Shown here: positions 37,665 through 52,218 of the stretch, piece after piece | Position numbering within the stretch: position 1 is the stretch's first letter | Layout: each line of letters opens with the position of its first letter | Source: an uncultured Gemmatimonadota bacterium | GTDB taxonomy: Bacteria > JAAXHH01 | Assembly (NCBI GenBank): GCA_951812955.1 | Contig: OX638340.1 | Location: 2,976,001-3,040,000, forward strand | Direction of reading: 5' to 3' | DNA length: 64,000 nucleotides | Position numbers and translations under genes: made by a program | The notes under the pieces: model-generated | The model's database searches: none | What the model saw: only the letters and a program-made list of their open reading frames with translations | Told to the model about the DNA's origin: nothing

Positions 37665-39188
37665 TTAACTATCCAGCGGCGCCGTGATAGCTACCGTGAA
37701 ATGAATGCGCTTGGATACCGCACCATTTACCTTCAGTTCAACGATATAGTTCTTGGACTCTGCCCCGTCCGCGCCAATACCCACTGGGCCATTTGCTATT
37801 GGCGCACTGCTATCATTCGCGATCGGGTCTGAGTCATCGAAATTCTGCGCCGTAACCGTCACAGTAACTACACCGCCTGCTGCCGTTTCTGTGGCAACTA
37901 ACCCAACTGTTTCGGCCTTATTGCCACTGGTGACGGTGACGCCTAATGCGTTTTCATCGAAACCATCGATTCGTGCGTCAGAAATCGCATTATACAGTTC
38001 GACGGTAAACGTGGTGGAAGTGTTTCCGTCCTTCCACGCCGCCGTAGCCTGGTCTCGTTCCCACGTGAAGGTGCGAGTTTCCGGCTCGGTGTAGATTATG
38101 TCACGTGTGATGCTGGAACCGGAAACGCTGATATCGACGGAAGCCGACGAACCTTCGATAGTAGCTGAAATGGTAGCATCGCCACTGCTCTTTCCGGAGA
38201 TTGTTGCCGCGGCCCCGGCGGCCATCACAAACTTACCTGCCATTTCATGGCCTTTGGGGTGTTTATCGGCGCCAACACCAGCAGAGCCCGTATCACTAGC
38301 CCATTCGTAATTACCCATAGCACCCAAATTGGGTACCGCCTTATCGTCAGAATCAAGCGCACTGGCAGTAATCTTTGTGGTTTCACCGATGGCCAACGGG
38401 ATCAGGCTATCCTTGCTGAGCTTGACCTTGGCAACCGCATTGGAAACATTCACCGACAACTCACCGGCAACGAGATGGGTAGGTGACTTGAAGGATACCA
38501 TCGATGGACTGTACCCGTCATCTGCATCATAATTCGATGCAAGAGCAGTAATTACCCCATCTTCAACTGAAATACCCTCCTCTTCCTCGTCGATAGACCA
38601 AACCAGGTCAGCGCCTTCAATTATGCTGCCATCCTGTGTGCGGACTGCAGCTTTCACTGTAGCTTCCTGGCCTACTCTGAGAAGGATGCTCGTGCCGTCT
38701 CCAATTCTTGCCGGAGTAAGTTCTTCCAAAGCACCATACGCTTCGGACGAGTGCTCAAGCACCATAGCAGCAACATGGTCTGCTGCCAAGATACCGAGAA
38801 TCTCTTCCGGGCTTAAACCAGGAGGCAGTGTAGCTGCTTCACCTTGCGGACCCTGCTCACCTTGCGGACCTGCCGGCCCCGTGGCACCATCAGCGCCATC
38901 AGCGCCATCAGCGCCTGCCGGACCTGCCGGCCCCGTGGCACCATCAGCGCCATCAGCGCCATCAGCGCCTGCCGGACCTGCCGGACCCGTGGCACCATCA
39001 GCACCTGCCGGACCTGCCGGACCCGTGGCACCATCAGCACCTGCCGGACCAGTCGAACCCTGCGGGCCTGCCGGACCTGCCGGACCGCCCGGACCGCCCG
39101 GACCGCTCGGACCCGCGGGGCCGGTCTTACCCTCGCATCCCATCAGGGACAAACCGAAGGCCAATACAGCAATTATGAGGTAATGCAT
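37665..39188 (-). CDS. collagen-like (GXY-repeat) lipoprotein with C-terminal Ig-like beta-sandwich domains
   Basis: Lipobox LSLMGC. About 110 aa of uninterrupted Gly-X-Y triplets ([17 protein letters not shown]...) encoded by tandem DNA repeats at about 38830-39120. Remainder rich in T/S/V beta-strand repeats (Big_2-like, inferred). Confidence 0.6.
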   Translation of the reverse strand: MHYLIIAVLAFGLSLMGCEGKTGPAGPSGPGGPGGPAGPAGPQGSTGPAGADGATGPAGPAGADGATGPAGPAGADGADGADGATGPAGPAGADGADGADGATGPAGPQGEQGPQGEAATLPPGLSPEEILGILAADHVAAMVLEHSSEAYGALEELTPARIGDGTSILLRVGQEATVKAAVRTQDGSIIEGADLVWSIDEEEEGISVEDGVITALASNYDADDGYSPSMVSFKSPTHLVAGELSVNVSNAVAKVKLSKDSLIPLAIGETTKITASALDSDDKAVPNLGAMGNYEWASDTGSAGVGADKHPKGHEMAGKFVMAAGAAATISGKSSGDATISATIEGSSASVDISVSGSSITRDIIYTEPETRTFTWERDQATAAWKDGNTSTTFTVELYNAISDARIDGFDENALGVTVTSGNKAETVGLVATETAAGGVVTVTVTAQNFDDSDPIANDSSAPIANGPVGIGADGAESKNYIVELKVNGAVSKRIHFTVAITAPLDS

Positions 39189-39697
39189 TGTGTTCTCCCG
39201 TTTATGGAAACACTACTAATTAGGATTGACGAAAATTACGAAACTTGCCTATATCGCCTCCTTTCCCGCTAATGGATCGGTTGACTTAAATGCATTACAA
39301 GACTGCTAATTACAGACTCCTAGACTGGCGGATTTCAGTCCGCATTTAGATACTTTTCCCCTTAAATATGGTTAAATTGAGCCATCAGGAAGTGGTTGGC
39401 TCTCTTGTCCGGTTGATGCAAACGAGCGCCACACACGGCTGCAATCAGCCACCACACCCTGTACTGGCTGGGAGGTAGGAATCGTGTTACGTCAGGCAGG
39501 ATCAGGTGCGTCAGGTAAGGGAAAACGGGGGTGTTGAGATAGGGCGAAGTTGTTACTATCTATCATATCTACTGCCAAGGTGAATTGGCTTGAGTCTACC
39601 CTGCACGCAGCATATATTGACACGTGAGGCATATATCGACGAGGCTGTTGAGACGCAGGAGAACCGGAGATTTACCTAAGCTTTAGCGAGGTTCGAT

Positions 39698-41272
39698 TTG
39701 CGCAGAATTGGCCTATTCGGCTGGGGCATCGTAGCGCCCCGTTCGCCCAACATGGAAGCCTTTTCCCGAAACCTGGAGCAGTCGGAAAGCTGGCTTGCGC
39801 CTTTCGAAGGGTTCGGCCCCAACAACTTCCTGGTCGGGGAACCCGAATTCGACTTCCGGGACTACCGGGAATGGATCGATGCCCGATTCCCGTCGAACCG
39901 GTACCCCCGCCTGGTCGACAAGATGGACCCCACCACGCTGCATGCAGTCGGAGCCTTCATCCAGGCGTTGGAACAGAATCCGGGACTGGAAGGGGAACTC
40001 AAGGCGCTGGGAACGGCCGCCCACGTGTACATTGGTACTGGTGTGGGCAATATCCCCACGATCAGCCGGATCAGTATGGAGCTGTACCGGGCCCAGCGCG
40101 CGTGGGACCGGTTCTGGGGTTCGGCCGAACGGAATGCCCGGCTTCGCGCGTATCTCACTCGGCATGACGACGAAGACGAGGGCGAAGCCATCCCGCCCCA
40201 TCCTGAAACCACACCTTCCGCGGCGCGAGACCAGGCCGAAGAATCATGGAATGTCTACTGGACGTCCCAGTCTGAAGAGTTGAGGTCATACCTGGAGACG
40301 CTCGCCAGGATCGAGGGGATGAACGTCGAGGGGACCGTCGAATCAGGCAAGCTGAAACTCATCCGCGAAAAGCAGCGCCGCAAGCAACAACTGCAGGACG
40401 ATTGGGGCGCGCCCGAACCGCCATGGGAATGCGTCTCGGCCGACCTGATCTGGAACATCCATAACACGCCCGCGTCGCAGGTCACCATGATGGGGCAGAT
40501 TCACGGGCTGTCTCTTGCGCCCGTGGCCGCCTGCTCCACCTTCGGCGTGTGCCTTAAACTCGGCATGGACGCCATCCGGCGCGGCGAAGCGAAGGCGGTC
40601 GTCGTCGGCGCCACCGATCCGCCGCCCACGGCCCTGCTGGTGGGCGCCTTCTACCGCGCCCGTGTTTCCGCTGCAGACGGCGCCGTTTCCAAACCCCTGA
40701 CCGGGCTGCGCGGCACCCACGTCTCGGGCGGCTCCGTGCTGTGGATCATCGGGGACTACGAATACATGACGGAGAAGGGGTTCAATCCGATCGGGATGGA
40801 GCCGCTGGCCGTGGGCGTCAGTTCCGACGCCGACCATATCATCACGCCATCGAAGGAAGGACCGCAGATAGCGGTCCACCAGGCTATTGCGGATGCCCGC
40901 GTCTCCCCCGAAGACATCGCCTCGTGGGACCTGCACGCGACGGCGACGCCCGGCGATTTCCTGGAAATGGAGAACCTGCTCGAAATGGTGCCCGGCTCCG
41001 TGACGGTTACCGCGCGGAAAGGCACCTTCGGCCATGGCATGAGCGCCGGAGGAGGGTGGGAACTGACGGCGCAATACCTCGGCTACGAACGGGGCGCGCT
41101 ATATCCCACGCCCCTTTCCCAAGACGAGGTGAATCCGGAAATCGGCGGACTTCACTCCCGGTTCGTCTACGATACATCCTGCCCGCTCCCCGAAGGTATC
41201 GCCGGCAAGCTGTCCATGGGGATCGGCGGCATCAACGCCTGTGTCATTTCCCGGCCGCTTAAAGATGACTGA
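39698..41272 (+). CDS. beta-ketoacyl-ACP synthase (KAS I/II, thiolase fold) homolog with ~110-aa charged insertion
   Basis: Catalytic triad context AACSTFG (Cys), HATATPGD (His), FGHGMSAGG (His) and C-terminal GIGGINACV. Acidic/basic insertion (RHDDEDEGE...KQRRKQQLQDD) in the N-terminal half has no counterpart in FabF/FabB. Starts at TTG. Confidence 0.6.
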   Translation: MRRIGLFGWGIVAPRSPNMEAFSRNLEQSESWLAPFEGFGPNNFLVGEPEFDFRDYREWIDARFPSNRYPRLVDKMDPTTLHAVGAFIQALEQNPGLEGELKALGTAAHVYIGTGVGNIPTISRISMELYRAQRAWDRFWGSAERNARLRAYLTRHDDEDEGEAIPPHPETTPSAARDQAEESWNVYWTSQSEELRSYLETLARIEGMNVEGTVESGKLKLIREKQRRKQQLQDDWGAPEPPWECVSADLIWNIHNTPASQVTMMGQIHGLSLAPVAACSTFGVCLKLGMDAIRRGEAKAVVVGATDPPPTALLVGAFYRARVSAADGAVSKPLTGLRGTHVSGGSVLWIIGDYEYMTEKGFNPIGMEPLAVGVSSDADHIITPSKEGPQIAVHQAIADARVSPEDIASWDLHATATPGDFLEMENLLEMVPGSVTVTARKGTFGHGMSAGGGWELTAQYLGYERGALYPTPLSQDEVNPEIGGLHSRFVYDTSCPLPEGIAGKLSMGIGGINACVISRPLKDD

Positions 41273-41604
41273 CGGACGGAAATCCCTCCTGTCTTAGCTG
41301 AGATAACAAGGGCTCCCGGTTTGTCGGACGTGGGCAGGGCTCGATTTACGGGTTTTCCACCTGGTCGATGCAACTCTTTATGCCTTTATCCACGACAAGC
41401 TGGTGGCAACGCAATGGCGCCGTCTTTACCGCGCCAATAGCCCTCTTCGCACTAATGACTTATTTGCATGTTTCCATGATTTAACACTGCCAGCCCGTTC
41501 CGGAAACTGCCTCCGGCAGATCAGACGAAGTAAGGAAACAGCAGGAATAGTATAGTGTTCTCCGTTTATGGGCACTAACGCTTTCCTGACCAACTGATTA
41601 ATCC

Positions 41605-41643
41605 TTGAATACAGAATAGCCCCGTGGTCACCACGGGGCTATT
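41605..41643. repeat. repeated hairpin element copy 2
   Basis: ttgaatacagaatagccccgtggtcaccacggggctatt; shares the TTGAATACAGAAWAGCCCCG...CGGGGCTWTT pattern with copy 1. Confidence 0.5.
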
Positions 41644-42232
41644 CACTTTCAATATGATTATGCTGAGCATCAGGTATGAGAAAGTTTGAAAATTGAACCA
41701 ATTACCAGACAGTTTGTGATTTGATGTTGACGTTGGATCAATTACTAAATAACATGGATGTGTATTTTACGTGATCGTACTTTTGTAAGAGAATTAAAAT
41801 AAAGTATAATACGAATAATGATGAAAAAATATAAGTTTTTTCTTGACTTATTACTCAACGTAACCATATATATACGGATAAATATCACAAAAAAATCATT
41901 TTTTGTCACGATATGGTTGACTTGGCCCTGCAACCAAGCGTACCTTACAATCTAAAGATTCAACAGAAGATAATAAGGAAGCCGTCATGACGGGTTAACA
42001 TGCCCTAAATTCAACCGCGAGCACACAGTCGATCCCGTTGTAGGGGACGCAGCCCAAACCCCCGGGCAACGGTATTCGATCCTGCAGACTACGCCGTCCG
42101 AAATGCGTTAAACCGTCTCATTCATCACACAGGAACATCGAGGCAGGAGTTAGCGGCTTAATTTTCTGCCTATCTCACCCTGAAGAACACGATATATCGA
42201 TCTCGCCCATGAGAGCGTGATGAGCCTCTTGC

Positions 42233-43192
42233 GTGGAGATAGTACCGGGTACCATGCAGCTACGCATTTCCTTACAGTCTCCCCTCGACAGCAAGGCCGA
42301 TCCGTTGTCCATTGATGTCGCGCGCTTGCTGCATGCCAGCATTGCGCCGAACACGGCGAAGGCGTACGGCGATGCATTGCGCAAGTTGTTCGAGCATCTG
42401 GATGGGCAGACACTGACCGACGCTGCGCTGGCCGGTTACCTGGCGCACTTGTATGCCAAAGGACTGGCGCCGGCTTCGGTCACGGTAGTGGTACAGGCCG
42501 TCCGTTTCTGGGAAAAGCTGGAAAACCGCCCGTCCAGTGTCGAGTCGTTGACGAGTCGAACACTGGCCGGAATCCGACGCGAAGGTCGAAACCGGGGCCG
42601 CGGCCAGGTAACCGGGCTGACCCGAGAAACGGTCAATCTCATGGTTCAGAACGCCATCAATACCGACACACTGGCCGGACTGAGAGACGCCGCTCTGTTT
42701 CGTGTAATGAGCGATGCCCTGTTGCGGATTGGGGAAGCCGTCGCCATCGACTGTGAGCACATCACCACCGAGTTCGACGGGAGCGGGCGGCTGATGTTGC
42801 TTCGAAGCAAGACCGACCAGGAGGGAAAGGGTACCAGTCTCTTCCTGACCAACCGTACCGTCGACGCGATCCGGCAATTGCAGCATGGAGCGGGGTTCAC
42901 CACCGGCCCCCTCTTCCGCCGGATGGTGAAGGGCGACCGAATGTGCGACGGCCGTCTGACGGTGGACGGCGCCCGGCTGACTATCAAAGCGTCTGCGGAG
43001 CGGGTCGGTATCAAGGGCGTGAGCGGCCACAGTCTTCGCATCGGAACCGCCCAGGAACTCGCGCAGCGCGGCGCATCCCTGGTGGAATTGCAGAACGCCG
43101 GCCGATGGACCGACAGCCAGATGCCCGCGCACTACACCCGTGAGCAGGCCGCGGGCAAGGGTGCCGTCGCCCGCTTGCTGGGGATTGACTGA
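42233..43192 (+). CDS. tyrosine site-specific recombinase (phage-integrase / XerCD family)
   Basis: Catalytic-domain motifs R...HSLRIG...RWTDSQMPAHYTRE (R-H-R-Y); preceded by a ~580-bp AT-rich region. Confidence 0.75.
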   Translation: MEIVPGTMQLRISLQSPLDSKADPLSIDVARLLHASIAPNTAKAYGDALRKLFEHLDGQTLTDAALAGYLAHLYAKGLAPASVTVVVQAVRFWEKLENRPSSVESLTSRTLAGIRREGRNRGRGQVTGLTRETVNLMVQNAINTDTLAGLRDAALFRVMSDALLRIGEAVAIDCEHITTEFDGSGRLMLLRSKTDQEGKGTSLFLTNRTVDAIRQLQHGAGFTTGPLFRRMVKGDRMCDGRLTVDGARLTIKASAERVGIKGVSGHSLRIGTAQELAQRGASLVELQNAGRWTDSQMPAHYTREQAAGKGAVARLLGID

Positions 43193-43200
43193 GGGGAGAC

Positions 43201-43280
43201 TGAGTCGTGAGTCTCTACGGTGAGTCGTGAGTCTCTACGGTGAGACGCGGGTCTCTACGGTGCGTCGTGGAACGCTACGG
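43201..43280. repeat. four tandem 20-bp repeats (tgagtcgtgagtctctacgg and variants)
   Basis: Direct tandem copies at 43201, 43221, 43241 and a partial at 43261, immediately after the integrase stop codon. Confidence 0.7.
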
Positions 43281-43302
43281 AGGAGACGTCACGCGTGCGA
43301 TA

Positions 43303-45420
<2,118 letters not shown>

Positions 45421-45421
45421 T

Positions 45422-46447
45422 TCACACCATACCTTCCTCGATCATGCGTTCCAGGGCGAAATCGCCGACGTCGATAGGAAACTCCAGGAGACAACGCCTG
45501 GCGGAGGACTCGAAAATACCCATGATGGTTTCCAGGGCCACGCGGGCGATCTTCGCTTCGGACCGGTGGACGGCGCGGCCCTCCACGGTGGAGACCAGTT
45601 CCTCCAGTTCGCGGCAGACGTTGGAATAGACCTCGTTTAACTCGGGTACGTGCCATCCGTTTGAGCGGTAACTGGACAGCATTTTCAACGGCGGCCCGTC
45701 CGGATTATTCACTTCGATGACTCCGTCGGAGCCGATGATCCGGAAGGTAAAGGACTGGCTGGCCCGTTCACCCAGCTCGATGAAACCCACAACCCCGTTG
45801 CTGTAACCGACCCGTCCGATCGCCATGTCTTCGGCCGGCATGTCCGGATGGTTGCGCCGTCCTTCGATCTTGCCGTGACGGTCTATCTGGCCCATGACCC
45901 AAATGGGTGGACTGTCTCCGTTCAGGTAGTTGATCAGGTCGATGACGTGGGTGCCGTTGTTCATCAGGTCGAGGGTGCAGTGCCCCCAGACCATGGCGAT
46001 CTCCCCGATTTCTCCCGCCCTGACCCATTCCCTCGCCTGAACGGCCTGGGGCGAGAACCGGTGGGCGTGTCCGATAGCGAGCGCCGCGCCGGCCTTTTCG
46101 CAGGCCTCGATCATCCGGTCGGCTTCGTCCAGGGAGACGGCCATGGGTTTTTCGCACAGGATGCCCTTCGCGCCGTTTTCCGCCGCCGCGATCGTCGCCT
46201 CACAGTGTCCGCGGGGCCAGGTGCATACACTCACCAGGTCGAGTTCCTCCCGTTCCAGCATTTCGAGGTGGTCCTCGTACAACCGGATACCGTGTTCGCT
46301 GGCGAGAAACTGCGCCTTCTCTCCTGCCGGATTGATGTCCGATCCAGCGACCAGTTCGATTTCGGCGTTATTCAAGTGGCGGTATCCGTCCGCGTGGGCG
46401 GTGGCGATGCCGCCGCAACCGATGAAGCCAGCCCGGTACTTGTTCAT
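45422..46447 (-). CDS. Gfo/Idh/MocA-family oxidoreductase
   Basis: [10 protein letters not shown] Rossmann N-terminus; 341 aa. Confidence 0.7.
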   Translation of the reverse strand: MNKYRAGFIGCGGIATAHADGYRHLNNAEIELVAGSDINPAGEKAQFLASEHGIRLYEDHLEMLEREELDLVSVCTWPRGHCEATIAAAENGAKGILCEKPMAVSLDEADRMIEACEKAGAALAIGHAHRFSPQAVQAREWVRAGEIGEIAMVWGHCTLDLMNNGTHVIDLINYLNGDSPPIWVMGQIDRHGKIEGRRNHPDMPAEDMAIGRVGYSNGVVGFIELGERASQSFTFRIIGSDGVIEVNNPDGPPLKMLSSYRSNGWHVPELNEVYSNVCRELEELVSTVEGRAVHRSEAKIARVALETIMGIFESSARRCLLEFPIDVGDFALERMIEEGMV

Positions 46448-46477
46448 GGGTGGGGTTTCCTGTGAAGATGCAGGTGG

Positions 46478-49413
<2,936 letters not shown>

Positions 49414-49418
49414 TTATG

Positions 49419-52109
49419 CTAGTCGGCGCTCGCGACTTTCGACCGCGGTGATTTCCTGGCGCGTCTGATTTCTTCTCGTTTCTTCGATATCCAGTTCTGC
49501 CACCAGACCACGATGGGACTAGCTATGAAGATCGAAGAGTAGGTTCCTGTGATTACTCCGAATGTCAACGCCAGGGCGAAACCCCAGTTGGTCGACGCGC
49601 TGCCGGCCAGCAGGAAGACCAGGACCAGGAGTACGGTGAGCGACGTCATCATGGTTCGATTCAGGCATTCATTGATGCTTCGGTCCACCACGCCTGAAAA
49701 CCCCTCCGTTCGGGTTCGGCCCAGGCTTTCCCTTATGCGGTCGTAGACCACGATGGTATCGTTTGTTGAATACCCCACGACGGTCAGCAGGGCCGCAACG
49801 ACCGCCATGGTCAGTTCCTCACCCACCAGGGTGAGCATGGCCAGGACGATGAGTACGTCGTGTATCAGCGCGACGATCGTTCCGATGCCGAACCGGAAGC
49901 CGTTGACCTGCCGGAACCGAATGGTGATGTAGAGGACGATACCGATGATGGAAGCCCCCACGGCGCCCATGGCGTCGACCGTGAGTTCCTTGCCGATCTT
50001 CGGGCTGACGTTGTATTCCTGGCGAAGCCAGTCCTGTTCGTCGCCCTTGAGGTTCTCGGGAAACTGTTCCTGGAGCGTCGTTTTAACCGCGGATGCGATC
50101 TGTTGCTCATTCCATTCGCTGTCGGCCGCCCTGATCAGGATGTTGTCCTCCTCGCCGATCACCTTGATCTCGCTCTGGCTCAGGTCCACCGCCTGGTTCT
50201 CGATGGTGACGTTACCGAGTGCGCCACGTATTTCCTGTACCTCCACCGGAGGATCGAACCGCATCTCGATCAGAGACCCGCTTTGAAAGTCCACGCCCCA
50301 ATCCACTCCGCCGCGTATGACGATGGTTCCCAGCCCGACCACGATGATGCACCAGGTAATGACGAACGCCGCCTTGCCGAATCGCATGAATCCGAAGAAC
50401 AGGCGTCCGAAGGGATCGGTTCTCCCGATGCTGACCTGGACTAGCTGCCACCGGTCGATGAGCGCGTCGAACAGGGACCGCGTAATGAATATGGCCGTGA
50501 ACATGCTGATCAGAATGCCGAAACCCAGCGTCACGGCGAATCCCTTGATGGGGCCGGTTCCGAACTCGTACAGGGCGAAAGCGGTGATCAGCGTGGTAAT
50601 ATTAGCGTCCACGATGGTGCGCAGCGCATTCCCGTAACCGCTGTCCACGGCCTGCCGGATGGTCTTCTGTCCCGACTTGAGCTCTTCCTTGATCCGTTCG
50701 AAAATGAGGATATTGGCGTCCACCGACATGCCCATGGTCAGTATGATTCCAGCGATGCCGGGCAGCGTCAGCGTAGCCTGGAAGGCGCCGAGGACGGCCA
50801 GAAGAAAGAGGAGGTTCAGAATCAGGGCGAAATTCGCGATGAAGCCGGCCGTCCGGTAATACACCGCCATGAAGATCATGACGGCGATGAGACCCAGGAT
50901 CGAGGCCCACTTGCCGGAGTTGATGGCGTCCGCTCCCAGGGACGGTCCCACGACATACTTGCTTATGATCTCCATGGGAGCGGGCAAGGCGCCCGCGCGC
51001 AACACGATGGCGAGATCTCTGGCTTCCTCAAGCGAGTTGATGCCCGTGATCTCGCCCCGGCCATTGGGTATGCGCCCCTGAATGACCGGAGCCGAAAACA
51101 CCCGGCCGTCCAGCACGATCGCCAGGCGCCGGCCGATGTTGTTCCCCGTCACGCGGGAGAAGGTCCTTGCGCCGTCGTCTGTGGTCGCAAAACCCACCGA
51201 CGCCACTCCCATGCTGCCGATATCGCTTCCCGATCCGGTCTGTGGAAAGGCGTCCGCCAGTACCGCGCCAGTAAGTTCCGGCAGGGCGTTCATGTAGTAA
51301 TAGGACCTTACGCGTTGTCCGTTCGCCGTCGTCCGCAGCACTCCGCCCCGGATCTCCGCGGCGTCCGGTATGAAGCTCTGCACCTGGGGCTGAGCCAGGA
51401 TCTCGTCCACCCGGGCGATATTGCTCGCCGGTACGATGATCTCGTTGTCGGAGAGGTCGATCAAGGACAGAAAGGGGTTGCGTTCCGCCGATGCGCTCAC
51501 TTCAGGGATCAGGGCGCTCGTATCCGCAGGGACGCTCGTGGTATCGCGGGCTGCCAGCAGTGCGTCTATGCGCTCGACGACCGAACGCAACTTGCCGCCG
51601 TCGCGCAACAGCCTGAACTCCAGTTGGGCGGTCTGGTTGATCAGGGTCATCGCACGATCGATATCCTTCAGTCCCGGCAACTCGACGATGATGCGGTCTT
51701 CGCCTTCCTGCTGGATGATCGGTTCGGTGACGCCGAATTCATTGACGCGGTTCGAGATGACCTGCATGGCCCGTTCCACCACGTCTACCGCTTCTTCCTC
51801 CGGCAGGTTGGATTTGTCCACTTCAAGCTTGATGTGCACGCCGCCCTGAAGATCCAGACCCAGGCGGATGGACTGATCCTGAAGCCGGTCATGTTCGGCT
51901 TTGGACAGGTTCAGTCTTTTGAGCTCTTCCCGGTCCGCGCCGGTCAGCAGCGGATTCGAATCGATCGCTTCGGTCTGTTCCGGGGAAAAAGCGTTTTGAA
52001 AAGGGGAGTATTGCCAGTAGTCAGAAGTTCTGAAGGAAGGATAGACGTACCACAGCGCGGTGAAGATGACTGCGAGAATAAGAACGATGCGTACCTGTTT
52101 CCACTGCAT
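49419..52109 (-). CDS. secDF: fused protein-export membrane protein SecD/SecF
   Basis: 896 aa with two periplasmic-domain/6-TM units matching SecD then SecF. Confidence 0.85.
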   Translation of the reverse strand: MQWKQVRIVLILAVIFTALWYVYPSFRTSDYWQYSPFQNAFSPEQTEAIDSNPLLTGADREELKRLNLSKAEHDRLQDQSIRLGLDLQGGVHIKLEVDKSNLPEEEAVDVVERAMQVISNRVNEFGVTEPIIQQEGEDRIIVELPGLKDIDRAMTLINQTAQLEFRLLRDGGKLRSVVERIDALLAARDTTSVPADTSALIPEVSASAERNPFLSLIDLSDNEIIVPASNIARVDEILAQPQVQSFIPDAAEIRGGVLRTTANGQRVRSYYYMNALPELTGAVLADAFPQTGSGSDIGSMGVASVGFATTDDGARTFSRVTGNNIGRRLAIVLDGRVFSAPVIQGRIPNGRGEITGINSLEEARDLAIVLRAGALPAPMEIISKYVVGPSLGADAINSGKWASILGLIAVMIFMAVYYRTAGFIANFALILNLLFLLAVLGAFQATLTLPGIAGIILTMGMSVDANILIFERIKEELKSGQKTIRQAVDSGYGNALRTIVDANITTLITAFALYEFGTGPIKGFAVTLGFGILISMFTAIFITRSLFDALIDRWQLVQVSIGRTDPFGRLFFGFMRFGKAAFVITWCIIVVGLGTIVIRGGVDWGVDFQSGSLIEMRFDPPVEVQEIRGALGNVTIENQAVDLSQSEIKVIGEEDNILIRAADSEWNEQQIASAVKTTLQEQFPENLKGDEQDWLRQEYNVSPKIGKELTVDAMGAVGASIIGIVLYITIRFRQVNGFRFGIGTIVALIHDVLIVLAMLTLVGEELTMAVVAALLTVVGYSTNDTIVVYDRIRESLGRTRTEGFSGVVDRSINECLNRTMMTSLTVLLVLVFLLAGSASTNWGFALALTFGVITGTYSSIFIASPIVVWWQNWISKKREEIRRARKSPRSKVASAD

Positions 52110-52218
52110 GCAACCCGGCTCCTAAGCAGACGAAGGCGGGTTGCCTGACTGCCTGCCACCCGCCTTCGTTTCTGCGTTTCGTATTGGTAAATCATGTAGT
52201 TCGATGGGAATCTGGTCG

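Larger units (their letters stand above)
37386..43280. mobile_element. candidate integrated genomic island (collagen-like lipoprotein, divergent ketosynthase, tyrosine integrase, flanking repeats)
   Basis: Low-GC intergenic stretches, duplicated hairpin element about 4.2 kb apart, duplicated leader-like segment (39190-39207 and 41555-41571), integrase and tandem repeats at the right end. Confidence 0.3.

Noticed and set aside
38623-39272. ORFs mirroring the collagen-like repeats (P/A/G-rich, and CRT/RGT-rich frames)
   Set aside because: Alternative frames of the tandem GXY-encoding repeats.
43201-43280. Tandem 20-bp repeats as a CRISPR array
   Set aside because: Directly tandem with no spacers and only four units; no cas genes nearby.
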